The notes beneath the pieces were generated by a model. It did no database searches. It was not told the DNA's origin and saw only the letters and a program-made list of their open reading frames with translations. A stretch of DNA of 62,879 nucleotides, the filler included, from Stramenopiles sp. TOSAG23-3 (lineage: Eukaryota): NCBI GenBank assembly GCA_900128585.1. It is 5 parts of 5 records of this genome, joined end to end, with 100 filler letters (N's around TTAATTAATTAA, not from the genome) between each part and the next. Parts side by side here need not be neighbours in the genome. Positions count along the whole stretch, not along the records: positions 28,275 to 56,259 come from LT642253.1; positions 56,360 to 58,467 come from LT645069.1; positions 58,568 to 60,673 come from LT645070.1; positions 60,774 to 62,879 come from LT645071.1; 1 more part is not named here. One strand, 5' to 3'. Made by a program: the position numbers and the translations under genes. Below, in pieces: positions 52,613 through 62,879 of this stretch. Every line of letters begins with the position of its first letter. Position 1 is the stretch's first letter.

Positions 52613-55069
52613 ATGTCGAACGGGACGGACCTTCGAGCGGTCCATGTGCTCGTGTGCGGGGACGATGCTGTCGGAAAAACTTCAATTATTGACACGTTGT
52701 TTTCGGGTTGCTTTAGCAAAGACGTAGAAGAAGTCAAAGGCCGACTGAATGCGAACGGGTCGTGGGGCGAGGTGGTCATCCCCGGACAAATAAACAGTCA
52801 GACGGACGTGCAGGTGAACTTGGTGGTAGTTGACACCTCGGCGCGGACGGCGAACAAACGCATGGAAGTGCTTACAAAGATGAAGGAGGCCGACGTCGTC
52901 GTATTAGTGTACGCGGTCGACAACGAGGACACCTTCAACCAGCTAGAAGACCACTGGCTGCAGCCCATTCAGCGGGTCTGCCAGCAGCACTATGACAACA
53001 AAGTGCGGTTTTCTCCCTCGGTGCCGATAGTGTTGGTCGGGAACAAGATTGACAAGCGGGCCGGCGACAACACCGTCGACCGCAGCGGCGCGCTGCAGAA
53101 CAAGGTTATGCCAATCTTGGAAAAGTATCCAGAGGTCGAGGCGTGCTTGGAGTGCTCTGCTGCTGCGTTGTTGAACATTCGTCAAGTTTTTTATTTTGCC
53201 CAGAAGGCAGTGATTTACCCCCTGAAGCCACTGTACAACATGAAAGAAGCGTGCCTGCAGGACGATTTTCGCGTCGCCTTGAAGCGCGTGTTTCGTATTT
53301 TTGATTGCGACAAGGATGGATTTTTGAGCGACGAGGAGCTGAACCTGTTCCAAGTGCAATGCTTCGCCGCGCAGATGGAGCCGTCAGACATCGCTGCTGT
53401 GAAAAAAGCACTGCAATCGGAGGCGTCCGAGGGGATGGCAATAGTGAACGACAAGATTACCCTGGAGGGTTTTATTCAGCTGAACACCATGTTCATTCTG
53501 CGCAATCGGCCCGAATCGTCGTGGATGCTCTTGCGGCATTTTGGCTACGAAAGGGACGGCGACATAGGGTTGCACATGATTTTAGAGGACGCGGAAGATT
53601 CGGAGGCCCTGGCCGCCGGCCCCAGCAGTTTTTGGACGTCTTCCTTGTCGACGGACCCAAGGGCGGGGTCTCCCGCGCTCGACAACTCCCAGTGTTTACC
53701 CCCCCTTCGAAAAGACGCGGACCAGAACACGGAGTTGATCAGCGACGCGCTTGCATTTTTAGAGTCCCTCTTCAAGCAGTACAAGGAGGACGCCGACAAC
53801 GATGCGGGTGAGCTGCTCCGAGAAAGTCGACTAGAGGAAATTTTCGAAGTCACCCCGGAAAACCCGTGGAGGACCGACCCGCGGTACAATTTTCCGAACG
53901 GCGTCGAGTACCTGATGGTCCCTGTGCAGTCAAACGCCGCGGCCGAACCGGCCAGCAGCAGCGCCGCTGCCAGGCCGTCGGAAGATTTAGAGTTGGCCCT
54001 GCCCCGGTCCTCTTGGCTTTCGATGTGGTCCATGATGGCCGCCATAGACGCAAGGGCGACCATGCGCTACATGTGGTACTTGGGGTTCCCCGGCAACGCC
54101 CTGGAGCGCGGGTCCATTGCCAAGCAGATCCACCTCAAGTGGCCCGCGAACAAGCTGCACTTGGGCCAAGCCATACGCGTCACCGCCAAGAGGTCGGGGG
54201 TCAAGACGGCGAAAACGCTGGACCGAAAGATGATACGGTGCTTCCTGTTCGGCGATTCACCCCATGGGCGCAGCATGGTTCTGGGCAGCCTTGCGGGACG
54301 GGACGGAACGGACGCGTACGGCGCGGCAAACGACGGGAGCGACTTTCGCATCGAACTCGGCGGGGATGGCAGTGCACGGGCCGGTGGCGGGCGAAACGGG
54401 GACATGGATCTGGACGGTATGATGGACGAGGAAGACGATTACGCTTACAGCCGTTCCACGTCCGACCACAGCTCTCTTCGAGAGCAGTCCGCAGTGAGGT
54501 GGTATTCGCCAGAGGGTGGCGACGAGGTTGCGCTTATGGTAACGGACATGGGGCGGAACATCCCTGTTCCAGCAGACCGGCTGGATGCGTGTGACGTCGT
54601 CTGCATGGTGTTCGACACCGCGGAACCGAAATCTTTGAGCTACTTGAGAGACCTGCAGGCTCGGATACCCGACCACATCCCGTGCGTGTACGTTGGTATG
54701 CAGGACGAGACGAGCGGTGGCGATGACGTCATGGATGGCGTCGCGCAGTTGTGCAACTCTTACAAGTTGGACGCGCCCTTTGTGGTGAGCAGGAAAGCCA
54801 ACGACCCAGCGCTGGAAACGCTCTTCGAAGATATAGTTATGAGCGCTTTAAACCCAGACATTGAAGGCAAGCGGCCGATTTCGCAGGAAAAGCAGAGGCA
54901 GCTGGCGCAGCGAAGAATGATAATGAAGTACTCGCTGTTGGGCATTGGGATCAGTGTTGTGGTTGGCCTTGGGTATTTGTTTTTACGAAAAAAAAACGAC
55001 AGCGCTTCATCTGTGACAGGCAAGGAAGGCGCCAAAGACGCCGTGGGGGAAAAAGCGGGGAGGAAGTAG
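52613..55069 (+). CDS. MIRO: Mitochondrial Rho GTPase (Miro/Gem1)
   Basis: GDDAVGKTS, DTS, GNKID, ECSA, FYFAQKAVIYP, EF-hand DCDKDGFLSDEELNLFQVQCF, WMLLRHFGY, degenerate second GTPase domain, C-terminal tail anchor. Confidence 0.95.
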   Translation: MSNGTDLRAVHVLVCGDDAVGKTSIIDTLFSGCFSKDVEEVKGRLNANGSWGEVVIPGQINSQTDVQVNLVVVDTSARTANKRMEVLTKMKEADVVVLVYAVDNEDTFNQLEDHWLQPIQRVCQQHYDNKVRFSPSVPIVLVGNKIDKRAGDNTVDRSGALQNKVMPILEKYPEVEACLECSAAALLNIRQVFYFAQKAVIYPLKPLYNMKEACLQDDFRVALKRVFRIFDCDKDGFLSDEELNLFQVQCFAAQMEPSDIAAVKKALQSEASEGMAIVNDKITLEGFIQLNTMFILRNRPESSWMLLRHFGYERDGDIGLHMILEDAEDSEALAAGPSSFWTSSLSTDPRAGSPALDNSQCLPPLRKDADQNTELISDALAFLESLFKQYKEDADNDAGELLRESRLEEIFEVTPENPWRTDPRYNFPNGVEYLMVPVQSNAAAEPASSSAAARPSEDLELALPRSSWLSMWSMMAAIDARATMRYMWYLGFPGNALERGSIAKQIHLKWPANKLHLGQAIRVTAKRSGVKTAKTLDRKMIRCFLFGDSPHGRSMVLGSLAGRDGTDAYGAANDGSDFRIELGGDGSARAGGGRNGDMDLDGMMDEEDDYAYSRSTSDHSSLREQSAVRWYSPEGGDEVALMVTDMGRNIPVPADRLDACDVVCMVFDTAEPKSLSYLRDLQARIPDHIPCVYVGMQDETSGGDDVMDGVAQLCNSYKLDAPFVVSRKANDPALETLFEDIVMSALNPDIEGKRPISQEKQRQLAQRRMIMKYSLLGIGISVVVGLGYLFLRKKNDSASSVTGKEGAKDAVGEKAGRK

Positions 55070-55165
55070 GGGAGAGACGTGCTAAATTAATTAACTTGAC
55101 ACGCGAATATACAATCGTTTATGATAGTGAAAACATAATCATCTTCCACACACATTTTGTGTTTT

Positions 55166-56155
55166 TTATTTCTTGCCCGCAACCGAATTTCCTTCTGTCA
55201 ATATCTTTTGAATGTGCTCAAATACAAAATCCTTGGCTTCAGAGTGCAAGGGCGTTAGTTTTGGGGACTCAAGCCCGTACTGGTCCAACAGGTGAAGGCT
55301 CCCGGCCTTTGCTTCTGGGTTTGTCATACCTCGTACCATGTATTCAGCGCAATCGGCCCGAGACCGTCCCATCCACTGGAGGCCTCGTATCATAAATCGA
55401 AGAAGGCCAGGCATCTCGGTGCCCCAGTTTGTGTTTACAAAGCCTGGAGAAGCGTGAAAGTAGTTGATCCCAGGGTTTGCTTCGCTAAGCTTATCAAAGA
55501 CAATGTCGTTATAGAACCCTCCCGCATCGGCTGCATTCTTAATGCTGTACTGCCCCTGAGAAAGTTCCGGATCAGTCTTGTACGATGAGTACGGAGAATG
55601 AACTCCTGCACTAAGAACACTTAAGACGCGCGGGTCGTTTGACTGCGCCATAGCCGGCACGAGCAAACCTGCAAACGCGGCCCTAGAATACACGTGCAAG
55701 GCTAGCTTTTGGTCCAGGCCTTCCTCTTTCGAAGGAGTAAAGCCTTGGATTGTCGCCATGCCTTGTGTCATCACCAGGTAATCGACAGGATTTTGTTTTA
55801 TTTCGTCCACAGCACGGTTTACTTCAGAAAGCAGAAAGCAATTGCACTTTACAAAGTTGATATTTTGGCCTTCGTTAGCCTTAGCCATTGAATTTAAATG
55901 TTTCAATACTTCCTCAGACCGTTTCGATTCTCTTCCAACAACAGTTACGTCCATCTTTGCCTGCACGAGTCTTTCGGCGATCCCACGTCCTATCCCACTG
56001 GTCGCACCTACCACGACGGCGCGCTTTCCTGCCAGGTTCAGCATCGCGTTTTGTTCGCGGGCGCCGTTCAGTTGGCTCATGTATTGCTTGCTGTCGTTCG
56101 TGTATTTGGCGATAAAAGCAATCGATACTGCGGCGAGGGCAAATCTATATTTCAT
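55166..56155 (-). CDS. Short-chain dehydrogenase/reductase (atypical)
   Basis: VVGATSGIGRGIA Rossmann motif, HASPGFVNT; no clear YxxxK; likely ATG at 56155. Confidence 0.87.
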   Translation of the reverse strand: MKYRFALAAVSIAFIAKYTNDSKQYMSQLNGAREQNAMLNLAGKRAVVVGATSGIGRGIAERLVQAKMDVTVVGRESKRSEEVLKHLNSMAKANEGQNINFVKCNCFLLSEVNRAVDEIKQNPVDYLVMTQGMATIQGFTPSKEEGLDQKLALHVYSRAAFAGLLVPAMAQSNDPRVLSVLSAGVHSPYSSYKTDPELSQGQYSIKNAADAGGFYNDIVFDKLSEANPGINYFHASPGFVNTNWGTEMPGLLRFMIRGLQWMGRSRADCAEYMVRGMTNPEAKAGSLHLLDQYGLESPKLTPLHSEAKDFVFEHIQKILTEGNSVAGKK

Positions 56156-56259
56156 TACTTGGCGCGGACAATTAAACCTTGCAAATAAGGATTCTTGTTT
56201 CTGAAATGAAGCTATTATTTTACAACGCACTTTTTTTCTGTTGGAAGCGAAGTACAAAG

Positions 56260-56359
56260 NNNNNNNNNNNNNNNNNNNNNNNNNNNNNNNNNNNNNNNNN
56301 NNNTTAATTAATTAANNNNNNNNNNNNNNNNNNNNNNNNNNNNNNNNNNNNNNNNNNNN
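56260..56359. other. Artificial contig linker
   Basis: N44-TTAATTAATTAA-N44. Confidence 0.95.
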
Positions 56360-56360
56360 A

Positions 56361-58467
56361 GGCGCAATACAGTCTCGTATGGCAAAACTTGCGGAGGACA
56401 AAGAGATCACGATGAAACGAATGAAACTAGAACACGAAAGTGCATTACAGAAGAAACATAATATTAGTGCCATAGATATGGAGGAAAAAATAGCCGATTT
56501 TGAGAAAAAATTCGCTTTGCAAAAGGGTGCATACGAAGAAAATCACAGAAAAAAGATTGGGTTACTGAAAGTCCACCATGATGCTGTCCTGGATGAGAAA
56601 CACACACTAATTGAATCACTAAAAGCAAAAATCCAACACATCGGGGAGGAAGTGAATACTGAACAAGAGAGCGATGTGGCGGAAAAATTGTTGAACAAAA
56701 TAAAACTATTGAAACAAGACCATGCGTCCGCACTTTCAGAAAAGCATGCCGAAATTTTGCATTTGAAATCACAAGCAAAAACAGAAAAGGGAGAGAGGGA
56801 GTTGTACTACAAAGAATTGCTAAACGAGCAAAGGTGCAACTATGAATCAAACCTTGCAAGGAAACTTGAAGCACTGGCAGAAAATCATGGCACGAGTATC
56901 GATTCCAAACTTAAAATAATTAACGAGTTGCAGGCAAAGGCACATGTAGACGCTAAGGAGTGGGAGAAATTCCGCGAACAAACATTAAATGACGACAAGG
57001 GGGCACAACTAACACAATTATCTTCTCAAACGAGACAGCTGGAAGATGAACATGCCAGGGTGCTCAAAAAGAAGGAAATGGCGTGGAAAAAACGCCTCGA
57101 AGATACTCTGAACGAGCGGAAGAAGGCACACCAGGATCATGTTGAAAGTGAAATAAAACAGTTGGAGGAGAAGCACTGCGCTATGATGACACAAAAAGAC
57201 TTGGAGTGGCAGAAACGATACAATGGAGCTATTGGCAATCTGGAAACAACTCACAAAAACAATCTGGCAAAATGCGCGAAACAGTTCAATGAACAGTTAG
57301 ATAGCGCACTCAAAAAGAAAGATATAGAATGGGAGAAACACCAAAAAAGCGTGTTGGATGATTGTAAGAAGGGCCACGACGACGCGCTCAAAAGGCACAC
57401 GAAGATACTGAAGGAACAACACAACAGTGCACTTGAGAAAAATGGCAAAGAACGGGAGAAACGGCACAAAGGTGCCATGGGTGACCACAAGAAGGAGCAC
57501 GAGGATGCTCTAGCTAGGCAAATGGAAAAGGTACGGGAAGAACACGAACTTGTACTTGCAACACAGGCCAAAGAATGGCAAAAGCGCCACGAAGGCGCTT
57601 TGAATGATCAAAAAAAGGAACAAGAGGATGCTTTTGAAAAGGAAGTCAAACGATTAAAACAAAAACACGAAGCGACATTAAGGGGGAAAGAAGAAGCTCT
57701 CGCAAGAGTTGAACTGCTCGCCCAAGAGAAAATGGGCCTCAATGCTAGTGCGCAAGTTGCTATAAAGGAGGCCAAGAACGAACATGAAGTTGCTTTGAAT
57801 GAACAAGCTGAAGCGCACGAAAAATTATTAGAACAAAAAAATGTAGAACTCGATCGTATTAAAACCAAAGCCCAAATGGATGCTGAGGAACTGAAAGAAA
57901 AACACCGGCGCGTGTTGTTGGAACAGAACAATTTATTTGAATCAAAACTTACCAATCATATTCAAAAACTGAAAGAAGAACACAAATATAGACTGGACGA
58001 AAAACATGAGGAGATTGAGACCATAAGAGCACACGCTCGGGATACAGAGACATGCAACCAAGCGTTGATAGACAAAATTGCAGAGCTGGAAGAGGGGCAT
58101 GCAGCTGTAATCGCCGAAGAACGCGCGAAGATCGCTGGTCTAAACAGCAATGCGGAGAGAAAAGCGCGCGAGGAAAGTTTAAGAGACCAGCAGGAAACCA
58201 TACTATCAGAAGTCGAAGCACGACACAAAAGTTTGGTCACTAGTATGCAAACTCAAATCTTTGCTGCAACTGAAAATGAAAGACGATTGCAGGAAGAACA
58301 CAGACAATTGAAAGAAACCCACAAATCCGTGATTGAGGAAAAGCACAGAGAAATGCTTAATGCAGAATACCATGATATATCGGCGAATGCCCTGTTTAAG
58401 TGTAAAACGAAGAATATATTCTTCCACAAATGGCACGTCAATGTGTTGCGCAAGGTCGTGCAGCGAT
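56361..58467 (+). CDS. Fragment of a long coiled-coil protein with His-punctuated ~41-aa repeats (truncated by gaps at both ends)
   Basis: Frame open across the whole contig; E/K/L/H-rich helical sequence. Confidence 0.8.
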
Positions 58468-58567
58468 NNNNNNNNNNNNNNNNNNNNNNNNNNNNNNNNN
58501 NNNNNNNNNNNTTAATTAATTAANNNNNNNNNNNNNNNNNNNNNNNNNNNNNNNNNNNNNNNNNNNN
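58468..58567. other. Artificial contig linker
   Basis: N44-TTAATTAATTAA-N44. Confidence 0.95.
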
Positions 58568-58832
58568 ATTGCGGGATTCTCATGACCTTTGAAGCGTTTC
58601 CAGATAGTTCTTGACAAGGGTGAACGGTGCCTATCCCGGCCTCTGGATGTAAGAGTATATTTTATTGATTTTTTATGATGCATGAATAGCTTTCTGATTT
58701 CAATTTTTGTTTCATTCATTCATACGATCGTTTTCGTTTTTTGTTATATATAATTGTGTGAGAGGAGATTCGGTTTGTTGTTTAGGGAAATTAATTTGAG
58801 ATACATTTTGGTATACTCAGTGTACGTTTGCA

Positions 58833-60074
58833 ATGATCAAAGGATTGTGGCATGGAGTTCGTTTATCTTTGTGTTTTTTGTGTATAGCCCTATGTTGCCT
58901 TGCAGATTCCGATGCAGACCATGGATGGGCAGACGGAAGCTCCAAGCGTACACCAGAGGATAAACGTCTTTTGTGCGGGCAATACCATGAACACGAGTGC
59001 AAGGAAAATGATTTTGTGTGTTTAAAATCGCATTTTGAATTGCCCGACGCATCAGAACTAGTGAGCGTAAATTTTCGAAACGATCCGCTGCCACCAGCTA
59101 CTGAATTTGCAAAAGCAATGAAGACTCTCTACTTCTTTCAATGCGGGGCAAACCTTGAATTTCCTTCTGAAAAGAGGGCACTTTGCGGGTCTGCTACAAA
59201 GTATTATGCAGCAGTGACCGATCGGCTCGGTCGGCCTTTGGGTTGTATGAAAGAAGGCGTGAAGGTGTACACAAGGCTTTCGAATGCAAGCAAGTTTTCC
59301 TTGGACGCCTTCGTCAAGGAAACCGATTCCACGTGCAAACTGGTCCGGCAACATAAATCGGCTGTGGAGGATGGTAGAGTTGCTGCTGGAGACCTCGACA
59401 ATGAAATGCCGAAAATTTGCAAGTGTGTTGGGGGGACTTACGTAGCGTTGGTTGGATATTGCGAGCCAAGCAGCGCTGCCCTTCGGTTCCATCTATTTTT
59501 TATATTTTTAGTGTGGGGAATAGCCTTACCGATCTCTTACCGAGTTTCAAAATCAAAGGAGGTTGTTAGAAAGTGGATCAACGTGGCTGCGTTCGTATGC
59601 ATCATGTGCGTAGCAATCACTGGTGCGGTGGCACCAGAAGTTGGCCCCGGGGGGGAGAGTACAATGGCAACAATTGTATGCCTGACCAGTGCGGCGGCAA
59701 TACTGTATACAGAAGCAAAGTGCTCCCAGCAGTTGGCAAAATGCGTGCATGGACGAATCAAATGCTTTATCCAGACTTTAAAACCAGCGATTTTGTTCTT
59801 CCTCTCTCAAGTTTGGCTTGCCACTGTTGTTTTAAAATCGATGAAAATTTGCTACCCCGAACGAGTGATCACGATAGAGCCTGGCAACGACTGCCCTCCC
59901 CACTTTGGTGTAGGGTTTATCTTGGGTGCGTATGGAATCGGTCACCTGCTTTTAGCGCTGCAAGTAATCCAGTTGAAACATGAAGTCGTGATTTATGAAT
60001 ACTGCGCGCTAATGCTTGCGGGCGTAACGTTCTTTGCTTTGTTTGCATTTGGCACAGGTCTTCATTTTGATTAA
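58833..60074 (+). CDS. Signal-peptide, Cys-rich ectodomain, multi-pass membrane protein; TM part weakly resembles YTP1/DUF2427
   Basis: Signal peptide, Cys-rich luminal region, FHLFFIFLVWGIALPIS and DCPPHFGVGFILGAYG segments; family call tentative. Confidence 0.7.
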   Translation: MIKGLWHGVRLSLCFLCIALCCLADSDADHGWADGSSKRTPEDKRLLCGQYHEHECKENDFVCLKSHFELPDASELVSVNFRNDPLPPATEFAKAMKTLYFFQCGANLEFPSEKRALCGSATKYYAAVTDRLGRPLGCMKEGVKVYTRLSNASKFSLDAFVKETDSTCKLVRQHKSAVEDGRVAAGDLDNEMPKICKCVGGTYVALVGYCEPSSAALRFHLFFIFLVWGIALPISYRVSKSKEVVRKWINVAAFVCIMCVAITGAVAPEVGPGGESTMATIVCLTSAAAILYTEAKCSQQLAKCVHGRIKCFIQTLKPAILFFLSQVWLATVVLKSMKICYPERVITIEPGNDCPPHFGVGFILGAYGIGHLLLALQVIQLKHEVVIYEYCALMLAGVTFFALFAFGTGLHFD

Positions 60075-60401
60075 AATTGTGGCTTTATATTAGCTCTAAA
60101 AGTATTCAATTGCGTTAAATGCGCACGATTGTATATTGTGTCATGTGAAGCACGTACTAATGTTACAATAGCATTTTTATGATGTATGGGATAATACTTT
60201 TTTCTTTTTTTGAATTAAAATATAGTCTAGGAGAAGTGCGGGCAAGAACTGTATATATTTCATTTTGTAACCATAAGTACGGTAACAAAATATTCAATTT
60301 TTTTACTTCCTCTTCTTTTTTAGTTCATTATAGCTATATAGTAGTTGTTGTTTACTTTTTTTTACCTCTGTGGCGATTCTTCTTTGTTCTTTCTTAGTTC
60401 T

Positions 60402-60597
60402 TTCTTAGTTAGTCGTCTTGTTGTGATGTTAACTAACATATATTTCAAATTTTAAAAAAATAAAAACTCATTCATTCACAATTCACAGCACAGAAGAAAT
60501 TTCTTAGTCCTAGTTAGTCGTCTTGTTGTGATGTTAACTAACATATATTTCAAATTTAAAAAAAATAAAAACTCATTCATTCACAATTCACAGCACA

Positions 60598-60604
<7 letters not shown>
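60402..60604. repeat. ~100-bp near-identical tandem duplication, followed by (AAAG)n
   Basis: tagttagtcgtcttgttgtgatgttaactaac...cacagcacagaagaaa is present twice. Confidence 0.9.
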
Positions 60605-60673
<69 letters not shown>

Positions 60674-60773
60674 NNNNNNNNNNNNNNNNNNNNNNNNNNN
60701 NNNNNNNNNNNNNNNNNTTAATTAATTAANNNNNNNNNNNNNNNNNNNNNNNNNNNNNNNNNNNNNNNNNNNN
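60674..60773. other. Artificial contig linker
   Basis: N44-TTAATTAATTAA-N44. Confidence 0.95.
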
Positions 60774-61152
60774 GGCACGTGTCCAAAAGTGAGGGAGATA
60801 AAAATAATATATAAGGAGGAAACTAAAAAAAAACCCTAATTTAAAACCGGCCCCAAAAAGCGGGCCATATGTAAATAGCTCAAAAAAAAATAATAATAAA
60901 ATATTTTAAAAAAAAATAAGTTAAAATATATTAAGGAACGAAATACTTATTGATCAACTATTCAATACAATATCATGGGGAACAATATGGAACTAGAAAA
61001 ACACAAATAGTATATGTCCCTTAACAATATTGTTCTAATAAATTTGGGACAAATAATATTATTCTTCCCTTTTTTTTATACTCACTCTTCTTACTATACT
61101 TGGTACAATCAGAAGAGTTGTCTGTTTTCATTTTTTCATATCTCTCTCTTCA

Positions 61153-62878
61153 CTATTTACGACTTTTGATTTTGTTTCCAACGGTATCGAAACAAGTAAA
61201 CCCTCGTTGGCAGAATGCTACGATGAAATTGTTGGACTCTACCCAAGGAGCAAACAGCCATTTGCCACACCGTGGAACAAATATGGGAAGCATGATGTAC
61301 GCCAAAGCGCACACATTGAGGAAGGTTGTGACCATGACAACGAACCATTTTCCAACGGCCATTTGGATCAACATGGGTTCAATGATGGGGCCAACAAAGT
61401 ACCAGATCACGAAAAACAGGGCAGCGATCAGAACGCATGAAATCTTCCAGGTTTGAGGGTCACGCCGAACTACCGCAACGTTTTCCCCTTTCGGGGCTTG
61501 ATCCACGTCTGAGTTCTGGAAAAGGTCGGCAAAACTGTCGTAGCTGGCCACTCGGACTTCCGTCAACGACGCATCGGCCAGGAGGGGGCGAAGCCTGTCG
61601 ACCAGGTCGTGCCGTGCAGGGTGGACCGCCCACTCCTGCAGGTGCTCGTTTGTGTCAAACTGGAACATGATCACGTGGGTGAGGGGTTTCCCAAGCCGTG
61701 TCCGCACCGATTCTGGCGTACTGACCAGCAGAGCGCCGCGGTGGCCCAGTACCCTTGTTGCCGCTGTTCTGGAGATCTCGTGCAGCCAGTCCTCGAACTG
61801 AACCTCACAGTCCGGCTTGACGTTGTACCCAATGCTGATGGTCACAGCATTGTCCCCCGTGGGCTCCACCGTTTCCTTGGCCTCTGGGACGCTCAGCAAA
61901 GCTTCAGATTCGTTCGCGACGACGTCGGTGGCGACTGCTCGTTGAATGTCGATCGCAACGTCCTCCGCCGATTGCTCTTTCGACTCGCCCCTGCTGTACC
62001 CCTCCTCGATGTTCTCAATGCGCTCCAAGAGTCTTCGGCGCCCTGCCCCGTTTATGCGCCTTACGTTTTGGAGCTGCAGCTCCAGGGTCTTCAACCGCTT
62101 TTTCTGAGGGTCAGCCACGGTTGACGGCCCCCCAGGCCGGCAACACGCACAGCCTACCTGAAGGGACAGGCACGGTTCCACGGCCGGGCACCGAGTGCCG
62201 AAGAGAAAGCAGTGGAGCAGCCTGTCCAGGAATGGAATGAGGAACCACTTCACTACCATGACGACGCAGGTCAGCGTGATGAAGAGGTTGAGTGGGGGGG
62301 GGGACCCCAGCTTTGTGCAGCATCGGGCCGACCGTGTAGGCCCACGGAAGTACGGTCATTTGAAGGGACAACCATATAACAATAACACTGCGCCATTTTG
62401 GGGGCGGCCCCGATTTCTTTACCACCTTCTTCACTTCTGGCGACATTAACTTTTGACCGGACAAACTCGCCCAGGCGGCGTCGACCATCTTTTGGGGCAA
62501 AAAGGCGACCGTTCCCTCCTGCAAATCTTTGTCGAGCGTTTCCGCAATGTCCATCTCATTCAACTTCTTCACCCAGTGGAGTCTCTCTGGGCTCCGAAGC
62601 CAATCATCCATCAATCGGTGCGTCTTAAAGCGAAACATGATCACGTAGTCCAGGCCGTCCTCGGGCGGGCGCAGTACGATTCGTCCGGCCCACGCACCGT
62701 CCTGCCACTGTTGGGACGCCTGCAGTATGGAGTGGAGCCACTCGTCCAACTTTGGCTTGTGCGCCATTTCTTTCGCCCGCATGTGTAGAAATGCCGTGAC
62801 TTGGTCCTCAGAGGTAACAACGCGCTCCCCAGACTTGGACAGCCCAGACGCAGTTTGGAACCCTGGCGTTATCAAAAG
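61153..62878 (-). CDS. Tandem (ABM-like ferredoxin fold + 2 TM) x2 membrane protein, COG3224-like; 5' partial, frameshift at poly-G 62294-62303
   Basis: Two repeats: DEWLHSI..YVIMFRFKT..WLRSPER..PPPKWR + TMs, and FEDWLHEI..HVIMFQFDT..WAVHPAR..PQTWK + TMs; joined by a 1-nt shift in the homopolymer. Confidence 0.75.
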
Positions 62879-62879
62879 T

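Noticed and set aside
60402-60604. ~100-bp tandem duplication (and a 30-bp one at ~26029-26088)
   Set aside because: Near-identical, non-coding, and next to a contig end or homopolymers; most likely local misassembly or trivial slippage

Overview
Eukaryotic nuclear DNA from a compact, intron-poor protist genome. The gene content (Miro, NRAMP, STE20 kinase, EF-hand/WD40 and LRR proteins, GH5 mannanase) fits a heterotrophic flagellate, possibly a stramenopile; that taxonomy is inference only. About 30 mostly single-exon genes at roughly 50-58% GC (visual estimate) usually alternate strands. Head-to-head pairs are separated by ~1 kb AT-rich spacers with (GAA)/(AAAG) tracts. Tail-to-tail pairs have short spacers carrying a modular dispersed repeat. 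Four 100-nt N44-TTAATTAATTAA-N44 linkers are artificial contig joins. The best finding is a hidden selenoprotein at 12931-14024: a CPYC glutaredoxin fused to a multi-pass membrane domain, whose apparent TGA stop (13920) is followed by 33 more open codons and a canonical-looking eukaryotic SECIS at 14076-14140. Other points of interest: a giant LRR protein with >20 RPx[ST][AGPS] motifs and two WW-like inserts, a bacterial-type FAD oxidoreductase with a PTS2-like signal, a spliced secreted MORN protein, a TM-thioredoxin-PUL fusion, a tandem COG3224-like membrane protein, and three genes broken by homopolymer or short-duplication lesions.
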